Assembly (NCBI GenBank): GCA_043811535.1
Contig: JBDRNC010000027.1
Coordinates: 1 to 64,000 of the forward strand
From: Elusimicrobiota bacterium
Lineage (GTDB): Bacteria > Elusimicrobiota > Endomicrobiia > Endomicrobiales > JBDRNC01
Length of the DNA: 64,000 nt
Direction of reading: 5' to 3'
The position numbers and the translations under genes are program-made. The notes beneath the pieces are model-generated. The model worked only from the letters and a program-made list of their open reading frames with translations, did no database searches and had not been told where the DNA came from. Shown piece after piece: positions 11,950 through 20,699 of the stretch. The stretch's first letter is position 1; every line of letters begins with the position of its first letter.

Positions 11950-12071
11950 AATTTCGCCTTCTGTGTAAAAGTGCGAAATTTGGGCTGATGGCCGGATGTT
12001 GACTCAGACGAAAGGATATTATAGAATATGCGAAGTTATTTCGCCATTACAGTATTAAGCGAACTTTCGCA
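11950..12071 (+). promoter_or_regulatory. promoter flanked by inverted TTCGC/GCGAA boxes (putative recombinase binding/res site)
   Basis: TTGACT(11999)-17-TAGAAT(12022); six TTCGC/GCGAA half-sites. Confidence 0.55.
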
Positions 12072-12083
12072 AGGAGGAAACAA

Positions 12084-12563
12084 GTGCATTTGATTAATTT
12101 TGTTTTTTCAAAAGAAGGTGCTAGCTTTTTAGCTATTCTGCTTTCCCCAATTATTGCTGTTGTTGTTTCTAAATGGCTTCAGGATCGTGAACGCAAGTAT
12201 AATGATAAATTGAATTTATTTCGTTCACTTGTTGTAAATCGGCGTGTTGCTTTGAGTAATGATAGGGTTTCTGCCTTAAATATAATAAGTATTATTTTTT
12301 CTAATAACAAGAACATATTAACGCTTTGGGAACATTATTATAAAATTGTGTCTGCAGAAAAGTATGACAATAAGTTGGCTGATGATAAGTATGATGAAAT
12401 TATCAGAGAAATGGCTTGTTTATTGAATTTTGACTCTAACCTATTAAATACTAAAGAGCCTTATATCCCGCAGGGCCACGTAGATACGTTTTTCAGAAGT
12501 GAAGAAACACAAAAGGAACTTTTAAAGGCTTTACAAAAATATAATGGTGAGGTTAATAAGTAG
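12084..12563 (+). CDS. DUF6680-like protein
   Basis: AILLSPIIAV N-terminal TM and ALNIISIIF...W..Y pattern; AAGGAGG RBS; very AT-rich. Confidence 0.6.
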   Translation: MHLINFVFSKEGASFLAILLSPIIAVVVSKWLQDRERKYNDKLNLFRSLVVNRRVALSNDRVSALNIISIIFSNNKNILTLWEHYYKIVSAEKYDNKLADDKYDEIIREMACLLNFDSNLLNTKEPYIPQGHVDTFFRSEETQKELLKALQKYNGEVNK

Positions 12564-13089
12564 AGTGTATCAGTACAAAAGAGAACCGCTAACCAATGAC
12601 GAAGCCGACCGACTGGCCAATGCCTGCAAAACGGCAGTAGAAAAGCTTGTGGTTTACACTCTCCTTGATACCGGACTCCGCGTTTCTGAACTTGCCAGTC
12701 TACAAAAAGACAATCTTCAATGGCAGGATCGCCGCCTGGTTATTTTCGGCAAAGGCGGGCCCTATGGCAAGAAAACAAAAAGAAGGATTGTCCCCCTCAC
12801 CGAACGAGCTTACACGGTTATAAGTCATTTCTTTTCGCTCCAGGACAAACTTGATTATTCCTCTCGTTCAATACAATTGACCGTAAAACGGATAGCACAA
12901 CGCTCAGGCATTACAAAGAAGGTTTCCCCCCACGTCCTGCGTCATACCTTCGCAGTTACCTGCATAAAACGAGGAATTAGTACTAGGTCCCTTCAGCAAT
13001 TCCTCGGCCACGACCGGCTGATGACTACTGAAATATATCTCAACATGAGTCCCGAAGATGCCTGCCGGGAGTTTATGCAGAAGTTTTGA
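12544..13089 (+). CDS. short tyrosine recombinase (catalytic domain only)
   Basis: TGLRVSEL, GKG, HVLRHTFA, LGH and Y catalytic residues. Confidence 0.93.
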   Translation: MVRLISRVYQYKREPLTNDEADRLANACKTAVEKLVVYTLLDTGLRVSELASLQKDNLQWQDRRLVIFGKGGPYGKKTKRRIVPLTERAYTVISHFFSLQDKLDYSSRSIQLTVKRIAQRSGITKKVSPHVLRHTFAVTCIKRGISTRSLQQFLGHDRLMTTEIYLNMSPEDACREFMQKF

Positions 13090-13102
13090 AGGAATATATA
13101 CT

Positions 13103-14863
13103 ATGGCAAGAAAAATAAACTACGACAACTGGTCAAAAGAAGAATTAATAAAGGAGCTTCGCCGTATTAAGGAAACGAAGTACGGCCTTGTCTGGCACCG
13201 AGATTTGCCTGAAGAAAAAATTGACATACTGATCAACCCCGACGCTCGCACGCCAAGCGAGATGTTTCCAAACGAAATGGTGGGCAAGCCTTTTCCTATT
13301 TTAAAGGAAATAAAAGGTAAAGATATAAGCGGCGACAAGGGCAATCCAGTAAATTTACTTATTGAGGGCGATAACTACCACTCGCTTGCGGTTTTGAATT
13401 TTACCCACCAAGAAGCAATTGACCTCATTTATATTGATCCGCCTTACAATACAGGTAATAACGATTTTATTTATAATGACAAAATCAAAAGCGTTTATAT
13501 TCCCAAAGATGATCCATTTAGGCATAGCAAATGGCTGGCATTTATGGAAAAACGCTTAAAGTTGGCTAAAAAACTACTCAAACCCGCTGGTTTGCTTTTT
13601 ATAAGTATTGACGACAATGAAGTTGCTCAATTGAGATTACTTTGCGATGAGATTTATGAGGAAAAGAATTTTGTCGCAACATTACCTACTATTATGAATT
13701 TGAAAGGGAATCAAGACCAGTTTGGATTTGCAGGAACACATGAATATACATTGGTTTACGCAAAAGACCTAACACAAGCGAAAATTGGTCAATTTTTATT
13801 AAACGAAGATGATATGGATGATTGGGAAGAAGATGAGGAAGGATTTTTTAAGAAGGGCGCAAATCTAAAGGCAACTGGTGTAAACGCCCCACGAATCAAA
13901 AGGAAAAATTTGTTCTTCCCTATATTCTTTACCAAAGATGACAAATTTTATGTGACAGATGATAATAAAACCAAAAATAAAGATGATATAAAACTTTTGC
14001 CAATAACTGACGGCAAAGAAATGTCATGGCGTTGGAGCAAAGATAAAATACGCAATGAAATATATAACCTCATTATAGATAAAAATAAGGGAACAATAAC
14101 CATATACAAAAAGCAAAGACCTGCACTTGGCGATTTGCCGTCCAAGAAGCCAAAAACAATATTTTACAAACCAGAATATAGTAGTGGCAATGGTACGGCT
14201 CAATTAAAAGAACTTTTTGGCGAAAAAGTATTTAATAATCCGAAGCCGATTGATCTGATTAAGGACTTCGTAATGCTGGCTACTAAAAAAGACGGTATCA
14301 TTTTGGATTTCATGGCTGGCTCCGGCACAACAGGTCACGCCGTTTTGGAAGTAAACAAAGAGGACGGAGGCAATCGTCAATTTATCCTTTGCACCAATAA
14401 CGAAAACAATATCTGCGCCGATGTTTGCTATCCGCGCCTGAAAAAAGTCATCAAGGGATATAAAAACACCAAAGGTGAAAATGTCGCAGGGCTTGGTGGC
14501 AACCTTAAATACTACGTTTGTGACTTCGTGGAAGCAGAACCAACAGACAGGAACAAGCGAAAACTCGTGAATGAATCAACGGAAATGCTTTGTATCCGCG
14601 AAAATGCTTTTGAACTGGTACAAGACGAGAGTGATTTTAAGATTTTTAAAAACAGTGACAAATATCTCGGCATTGTATTTTACGAGGAAGCTATTGGCGA
14701 CTTCAAGAAAGCGATCAAAAATATAAAGGGGCATTTTAATACCTATGTGTTCTCGCTCGGCGACGACCCTCACGAAAAACAATTTGCCGATGAAAAAGGT
14801 AAGGTTACGCTTTGCGCAATTCCTGAAGTAATCTTGAAAGTGTATAGGGAGATATTTAAATAA
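13103..14863 (+). CDS. mod: type III restriction-modification DNA methyltransferase (Mod)
   Basis: KYGLVW, LLIEGDN, IYIDPPYNTG, NPKP, LDFMAGSGTTG. Confidence 0.92.
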   Translation: MARKINYDNWSKEELIKELRRIKETKYGLVWHRDLPEEKIDILINPDARTPSEMFPNEMVGKPFPILKEIKGKDISGDKGNPVNLLIEGDNYHSLAVLNFTHQEAIDLIYIDPPYNTGNNDFIYNDKIKSVYIPKDDPFRHSKWLAFMEKRLKLAKKLLKPAGLLFISIDDNEVAQLRLLCDEIYEEKNFVATLPTIMNLKGNQDQFGFAGTHEYTLVYAKDLTQAKIGQFLLNEDDMDDWEEDEEGFFKKGANLKATGVNAPRIKRKNLFFPIFFTKDDKFYVTDDNKTKNKDDIKLLPITDGKEMSWRWSKDKIRNEIYNLIIDKNKGTITIYKKQRPALGDLPSKKPKTIFYKPEYSSGNGTAQLKELFGEKVFNNPKPIDLIKDFVMLATKKDGIILDFMAGSGTTGHAVLEVNKEDGGNRQFILCTNNENNICADVCYPRLKKVIKGYKNTKGENVAGLGGNLKYYVCDFVEAEPTDRNKRKLVNESTEMLCIRENAFELVQDESDFKIFKNSDKYLGIVFYEEAIGDFKKAIKNIKGHFNTYVFSLGDDPHEKQFADEKGKVTLCAIPEVILKVYREIFK

Positions 14864-14868
14864 ATACT

Positions 14869-17154
14869 ATGTGGATTGAATTTAAAAATTATCAAGAAAA
14901 AGCCATTGTAAAGTTGAAACAGGAAGTCAATGAACTTTTAGATGCAGAAGGAAGTAAAATATGCATTTTTAAGTCGCCGACTGGTTCGGGAAAGACACTT
15001 ATGATGGCCGAATTTATGAAACGGCTTATTGATTCGCGCATTGACGGCAAAAAGTTTTCTTTTATCTGGATTGCCGTCAATAAACTGCATGACCAAAGTC
15101 GCAACAGTATAAAAAAATACTATGACCAGTTTGGAGTTGGTCTCAAATGCTCTTATTTTGAAGATTTAGACGACAGAAAAATTGGCGAAAATGAGATTTT
15201 GTTTTTAAACTGGGCGAGTATCAATAAAGGTGAAAACGGAATCATCACTAGAGTAAACGAAAGGGATAATAACTTGTCTAATGTCGTTACTCGGACAAAG
15301 GATGAGAGTAGAATAATTATTTTGATTATTGATGAGAGTCATCACACGGCTAAAGGAGAGGAATCAATATCGGTTATAAATGAGATTGCTCCTAAGGTAA
15401 CCATCGAGGTATCAGCTACACCTCAAATCAGTGATGCAAATCGAATCGTTGAAGTGGATCGTGTAGATGTAAGAGATGAAGGTATGATTAAGAAAGAAGT
15501 TGTTGTCAATGAAGGATTTGAAAATTACGAAATTGATAAACGAAAAAAAGATGAAACAGCGGATGAAATTGTGCTCAAAGCGGGGCTGAAAAAAAGACTG
15601 GAACTACAAAAGCAATTCGAATCTTTAGAGTCCAGCGTCAATCCGTTGTTACTGATTCAATTGCCGGATACAAGGCAAGGTATATCTGATAAAAAAACAG
15701 AGGTTTTGGCTTTATTAAAAAAATTTGGTTATACAACGGAAAACGGGAAATTGGCCATTTATCTTTCTGAGAAAAATAGTAAAATTAATCTTGAAAATAT
15801 TGAAAAAAATGAAAACGAAGTTGAAATTATGATTTTTAAACAAGCAATAGCTCTTGGATGGGATTGCCCCCGCGCACATATCATAGTTCTTTTCCGTCAG
15901 TGGAAAGAAGAAACGTTGGTATTTTCATTGCAAACATTGGGGCGTATTATGCGAATGCCAGAACAGAAACATTACCCTATTTCTGGTTTGAATACGGCTT
16001 ATCTCTATACAAGTCTTTCTGATATTCATACTAGAGTTGCAAATGATATAGCACATGATTTTAAGGTTTTTGAAGGCAAACGGCGCGAAGATTATAAAGA
16101 TATTGACTTAACTTCCTATCACTCTAAGCGTTTCCGTGAAGAAACCCGTTTGTCATCGGATTTTGTACCGATTTTCTTTCAGGCGGCAGACGAATTGAAG
16201 CTCAACAATCGCATATCAATCAAGCATAGTATTGTTGATACTAAGATCATTGCAAGTGGAAAAGTATCCGATGTAGATAAAGAAACAAAATACATTGAGA
16301 AAAAAGGTACGCTGGATATTCCTAAAAATGAAGTTGAATTGCAAAACGCTTTCGATTATTTCGCGCGGGAGAATCTCGCGCCGTTTGCCCCGGAGCTTCG
16401 CTCCATCAAACGTATCAATGACTCTTTGTATCGCTTCTTTGATAAGACATTTAAAATGGGCGTTGACGATTGGCCAAAAATCCAAGGTATTGTTTTGGCC
16501 GAAGAAAACCGCCAAGCCGTGATTGATGTTATCAATCGGGCCAAAGAGCTTTATCAAGAATCTGTGGGTCAAGGCAAGCATGAATTGGTCCAAAATGATG
16601 AACCGTGGAATGTTCAGGAAATGATTAACTACAATTTAACTTTCGTCAAAAAAGACTATAAACAGTCAATTATCCAGCCGTATTATGCTAAAACAAAAGT
16701 CACAAATAATCCTTCGCCTTCTGAAGAAGACAGTGATGTTGAAGTTGCTTTTATTGAATATCTGGAAAAAGCCAAACAAGTAAAATGGTGGTTTAAGAAT
16801 GGAAAACAGGACGGCTCGTATTTTGCCGTTCCCTATGTTGAAAATGGACAAGAGAAACCTTTTTATCTTGATTTCGTGATAATGCTCAACGATGGACGAC
16901 TTGGCTTGTTTGATACGAAGGGCGGTATTTACGCCAAAACCGCAAAGGAACGCGCCGAAGGACTATCTGCCTACATTGAGGTCGAGAACAAGAAAGGCAA
17001 AAACTTATTCGGTGGCATTGTTTTACAAGACAAGAATAGCTGGCGATACCATGACGGCAAGAAATACGCTTACGATCCAAACAACCTTAAAGATTGGAAA
17101 TTTTTAGATTTGAGTTCATTGCATGAAAAAACAAAAGATATTCATCAGCGCTAA
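14869..17154 (+). CDS. res: type III restriction endonuclease (Res)
   Basis: SPTGSGKT, IIDESHH, SATP, GWDCPRA, QTLGRIMR and a C-terminal PD-(D/E)xK-like DF...DTKG. Confidence 0.9.
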   Translation: MWIEFKNYQEKAIVKLKQEVNELLDAEGSKICIFKSPTGSGKTLMMAEFMKRLIDSRIDGKKFSFIWIAVNKLHDQSRNSIKKYYDQFGVGLKCSYFEDLDDRKIGENEILFLNWASINKGENGIITRVNERDNNLSNVVTRTKDESRIIILIIDESHHTAKGEESISVINEIAPKVTIEVSATPQISDANRIVEVDRVDVRDEGMIKKEVVVNEGFENYEIDKRKKDETADEIVLKAGLKKRLELQKQFESLESSVNPLLLIQLPDTRQGISDKKTEVLALLKKFGYTTENGKLAIYLSEKNSKINLENIEKNENEVEIMIFKQAIALGWDCPRAHIIVLFRQWKEETLVFSLQTLGRIMRMPEQKHYPISGLNTAYLYTSLSDIHTRVANDIAHDFKVFEGKRREDYKDIDLTSYHSKRFREETRLSSDFVPIFFQAADELKLNNRISIKHSIVDTKIIASGKVSDVDKETKYIEKKGTLDIPKNEVELQNAFDYFARENLAPFAPELRSIKRINDSLYRFFDKTFKMGVDDWPKIQGIVLAEENRQAVIDVINRAKELYQESVGQGKHELVQNDEPWNVQEMINYNLTFVKKDYKQSIIQPYYAKTKVTNNPSPSEEDSDVEVAFIEYLEKAKQVKWWFKNGKQDGSYFAVPYVENGQEKPFYLDFVIMLNDGRLGLFDTKGGIYAKTAKERAEGLSAYIEVENKKGKNLFGGIVLQDKNSWRYHDGKKYAYDPNNLKDWKFLDLSSLHEKTKDIHQR

Positions 17155-18616
17155 CCAGAAGGAACTAAGGGACGAAAGATTTGCGGTTAAAGAGGTTGTT
17201 CTAAATAATTCCTCTTTACGTAATTGCTTCGATGTGTTTCTATTCGAAGATCTCCCCGCAAAAAGTAATCCCCCCTCATCTACGTACTTGAAGGAAGTCG
17301 CTGGCAGCGATATCTATCTCGGCATTTTCGGAAATGAATATGGTGTTAAGGGAAGAGATGGGCTTTCCGCCACAGAACGGGAATTTAGGCACTTCATAAA
17401 ACAGAATCCCCATGGAGATACCCTAATCTACATCAAAGGAGCAACTGATTCTCAAAAAGACAAGGACGTGCAGAAACTGATAAAATCTGCACGGGAGCGG
17501 TCAATATATAAGCGGTTCAATACAGTCGTAGAATTGAAAGTCCAGGTGCTTAACAGCCTTATTTCCTGCATTGACGAAAAAGGGTTGCTGAATAGACTTC
17601 CGTTTGACAAGAGACTAAACAACGAGGCGGGATACAGCGATATCGATGAAAAAGAAGTGCGAGATTTCCTTCAGAATCGAGCGCTTAAACTGAAAGTTGG
17701 CGTTCCTCGGATACCAGTAAGGGAGTTCCTTGTTAAAACCCTTAAAGTTGTTCATAAGTCAGAGGATGGCAAGTTTATCCCCTCTAACACGGCATTGCTG
17801 TTCTTTGGCAAAGACCCTTCGGAATTCATATCTCAGAATGAGATCAGGATTGCCCGTTTCAAGGGAACCACCCGCAGCTATTTTATTGACTCTGCTGAGA
17901 TTAATGGCCCTATTTACAAAATGCTCGATCAGGTTGAGAAGTTCTTCATCAGGAACACTCGGCTTGCCAATAAGATTGTCGAATTCAAGCGGGTTGATAT
18001 TCCCGAATATCCCTATGAAGCTATAAGAGAAGCCGTGATCAATGCTATAGCGCACCGAGATTATACGCGCCTCGGAGCACCGATAATGATATCGATCTTT
18101 GACGATAGGGTTGAAATAAGCAATGCAGGCGGACTTTTACCCGGAATGAACATAAAGAAGCTGGAAGGGCATCATGTTACCAGAAACGAAAATATATGCA
18201 GAATCTTCCACGAAACGTTAGACATGGAACGGTTCGGCACCGGTGTCGGCAAGATGAAAAGGTTAATGAAAGGACATGGGCTCAAGTACCCCGAGTTCTT
18301 TGAAGAAGGCGATTTCTTTGTGTCCAGGTTCTTTGGTCCCGGGGATAAGATTTTGGATCTCGTTCCCAGTATCCCCAAAGAACGCCAGACCGATTTAAAG
18401 GAATTAGGCCTCAATGAACGGCAAATTGAGGCACTAAGATTAATGGTAAATGAAAATAAAAATATTGAAATTGATGATTATTATAGTAGATTTAGAGTCA
18501 ATGAAAAAACTGCACGTAGAGATTTAAAGAAATTGGTTTCTCTTGGATTTGTAGAAAAAGTAGGATCAACAAAGAAAGCTTTCTTCAGGGCCAAAGATAA
18601 ATTACCGAAAAAATGA
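17123..18616 (+). CDS. DUF4062 + RecG-C/HATPase_c_4-like + HTH protein
   Basis: KIFISA...SDIYLGIFG.EYG...TERE (DUF4062); AIREAVINAIAHRDY; MERFGTG; C-terminal wHTH. Confidence 0.85.
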   Translation: MKKQKIFISANQKELRDERFAVKEVVLNNSSLRNCFDVFLFEDLPAKSNPPSSTYLKEVAGSDIYLGIFGNEYGVKGRDGLSATEREFRHFIKQNPHGDTLIYIKGATDSQKDKDVQKLIKSARERSIYKRFNTVVELKVQVLNSLISCIDEKGLLNRLPFDKRLNNEAGYSDIDEKEVRDFLQNRALKLKVGVPRIPVREFLVKTLKVVHKSEDGKFIPSNTALLFFGKDPSEFISQNEIRIARFKGTTRSYFIDSAEINGPIYKMLDQVEKFFIRNTRLANKIVEFKRVDIPEYPYEAIREAVINAIAHRDYTRLGAPIMISIFDDRVEISNAGGLLPGMNIKKLEGHHVTRNENICRIFHETLDMERFGTGVGKMKRLMKGHGLKYPEFFEEGDFFVSRFFGPGDKILDLVPSIPKERQTDLKELGLNERQIEALRLMVNENKNIEIDDYYSRFRVNEKTARRDLKKLVSLGFVEKVGSTKKAFFRAKDKLPKK

Positions 18617-18620
18617 CTGA

Positions 18621-18690
18621 ATGTCCGAAATAATGTCCGAAAATGAGCATGTCCGAAATAGTGCATAAATGTCCGAAATAATGTCCGAAA
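18621..18690 (+). repeat. five direct copies of ATGTCCGAAA
   Basis: Copies at 18621, 18633, 18649, 18669 and 18681. Confidence 0.9.
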
Positions 18691-19367
18691 AGAAAAGGTG
18701 TAACGCGAGGTTTTTGTTTTATAAATTTAGGTTAGAGAGAGAAGAATACGACAATCAATACATTATGACAATAAAAAGATCAATGCATGCTGGAATGACA
18801 GATTATGGATCTGCAACGATTGATGAATTATCATTGTTCGCAAAATCTTGGAGTGAATCTATTAATACCACAATATTAGAGCTAACAAAAAACAGGGAAA
18901 AACTATTGAGCTGTACTGAAAATATAGGTTATCGTGATAATGTGATATTATTTATAGATTCAAGAGTGTTAGATTTTAGAATAGTAGATGATGAGCTCAA
19001 TAGGTTAATTGTTGAGTTCAATACACAAATAACAGATAGCCATGTGAAATCTTTAGAGCAGTTATGTTCTAAAATTGAACCAATGGATCATTATTGTGTT
19101 CTATTCAAAAAAGATGTTTATACAATAGATATATGTAAGTTAAGATCGATAGCAGAACATGTCTATGCAACTGCAAGAGATGAAGTAGCAGATTTACTAA
19201 ATATGTATAATTATAAAACGAGAGTTGAATGCTTGGTAGGCTCGAGAACAATTAATAGAAGAGAAGAAGTGCTTATGCTTACTCCAAACTTTTACGGCAT
19301 TGGCCTGAACTTGAAGAGCATAATAAGGAAAATGTTCTTATGGTGGCAAAATAAAAAACATGAATAA
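18669..19367 (+). CDS. hypothetical protein (start uncertain)
   Basis: Long AT-rich ORF; no recognised motif. Confidence 0.55.
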   Translation: MSEIMSEKKRCNARFLFYKFRLEREEYDNQYIMTIKRSMHAGMTDYGSATIDELSLFAKSWSESINTTILELTKNREKLLSCTENIGYRDNVILFIDSRVLDFRIVDDELNRLIVEFNTQITDSHVKSLEQLCSKIEPMDHYCVLFKKDVYTIDICKLRSIAEHVYATARDEVADLLNMYNYKTRVECLVGSRTINRREEVLMLTPNFYGIGLNLKSIIRKMFLWWQNKKHE

Positions 19368-19437
19368 CATTCTTGACAATTTTTGTATATTTCTGTTAAA
19401 TATAGCCATATATGTATATATCTGGCTATAAGGGGTT

Positions 19438-20196
19438 ATGAACATAGCGATTTCGAATCATAAAGGCGGTGTAGGTAAGACGACGACGGCTTTGAATCTT
19501 GCGGCAGCACTCGGCGAGAAAGGCAAGTCCTGCCTTCTTGTTGACCTAGATCCGCAGGCCAGTTTGACTATCTCCCTCGGACTCAATCCGGACAACTTCC
19601 AGACTACGGTTTATAACGCTCTTATCGGTGATGTCCCTTTAGAATCCTTGATTCAAAACCTTTCTATCAAAAATGTCTCTTTAATCCCCTCTAATATCGA
19701 CCTTTCCGGAGCTGAAGTGGAACTTCAATCCATTCTTTCGAGAGAACATAAATTGAAAAATGCTTTAAAGAAATTGCCTCACTTTGATTTTGTCATTATA
19801 GATTGCCCCCCTTCGCTCGGAAATCTCACTGTTAACGCACTGACGGCCGCCGACCTTGTCGTCGTGCCGGTACAATCGGAATATCTGTCTTTAAGGGCAT
19901 TGCAGAAGCACAACGACCTTATTGAACTTGTCCGGAAAAACACTAATTCCCACATAACTACTAAATATCTGATAACCATGTTCAATAAATCTACTATTCA
20001 TTCAAACGAGGTCCTTCAAGAAGCGAAGAATCTTTATAAAGACGTTTTCAAATCAGTTATTCCTCGCACAATCAAATTTCCCGACAGCACAACAGCAGGT
20101 AAATCTATATTACATTATTTGCCGACCTCGCCGGGGGCCGAGGCGTACAAATCACTGGCGAAGGAGATCGTATGTCAAAGCGCGTGTCTGTGTTAG
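19438..20196 (+). CDS. parA: ParA/Soj family ATPase
   Basis: KGGVGKTTT, LVDLDPQASLT, IIDCPPSLG. Confidence 0.95.
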   Translation: MNIAISNHKGGVGKTTTALNLAAALGEKGKSCLLVDLDPQASLTISLGLNPDNFQTTVYNALIGDVPLESLIQNLSIKNVSLIPSNIDLSGAEVELQSILSREHKLKNALKKLPHFDFVIIDCPPSLGNLTVNALTAADLVVVPVQSEYLSLRALQKHNDLIELVRKNTNSHITTKYLITMFNKSTIHSNEVLQEAKNLYKDVFKSVIPRTIKFPDSTTAGKSILHYLPTSPGAEAYKSLAKEIVCQSACLC

Positions 20197-20466
20197 GCCA
20201 CGGAAGAAGCGATTCCCCCTCGGGTGTTGAGCTCTTTTTTTCGGCGAAGCCGAAACCCCGCATGACGATTGCGAAGATTCTCAAGAAAAAGGCTCTGTTT
20301 TCTCTCCCCGACGTCGTGATTAATGACCTCGACAGAATGTGGCTTGAATTAAGAATGCAGAAAAAAAATGATAGACAAAAGCGGTATAGTGGCACTTGCT
20401 ATACAGCATTTATTTGATGATTACAAGAAGAATAAAGAGAACAGCATCATCTTTAAGTCGAGATGA
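20172..20466 (+). pseudogene. small ParA-partner DNA-binding protein with an apparent +1 frameshift in an A8 run
   Basis: Removing one A at 20361-20368 extends the frame to ...MQKKMIDKSGIVALAIQHLFDDYKKNKENSIIFKSR*. Confidence 0.6.
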
Positions 20467-20699
20467 AAAAGGATATACGTATATCTGGATATACGTATAT
20501 ACATAATATAACTTATCGGTACTATACCATATATTGTGTTTGAGGCTATTTTGACGATTCTAGAGGCTTGAAACGTGATGGAATAGGCAGGAAGTATGGC
20601 TGAACCTAAGTTGTTAAATAGCTAGAAATAGGGCTTGAAATGTCGGTTGTTAGCGTAGGCAAAGATACCAATAAAGGCAGAAATTGCGGCTAAAATGGG

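Noticed and set aside
18621..18690. Possible CRISPR or coding repeat
   Set aside because: 10-bp units with 2-10 nt gaps are far too short, and spacing is not consistently a multiple of 3
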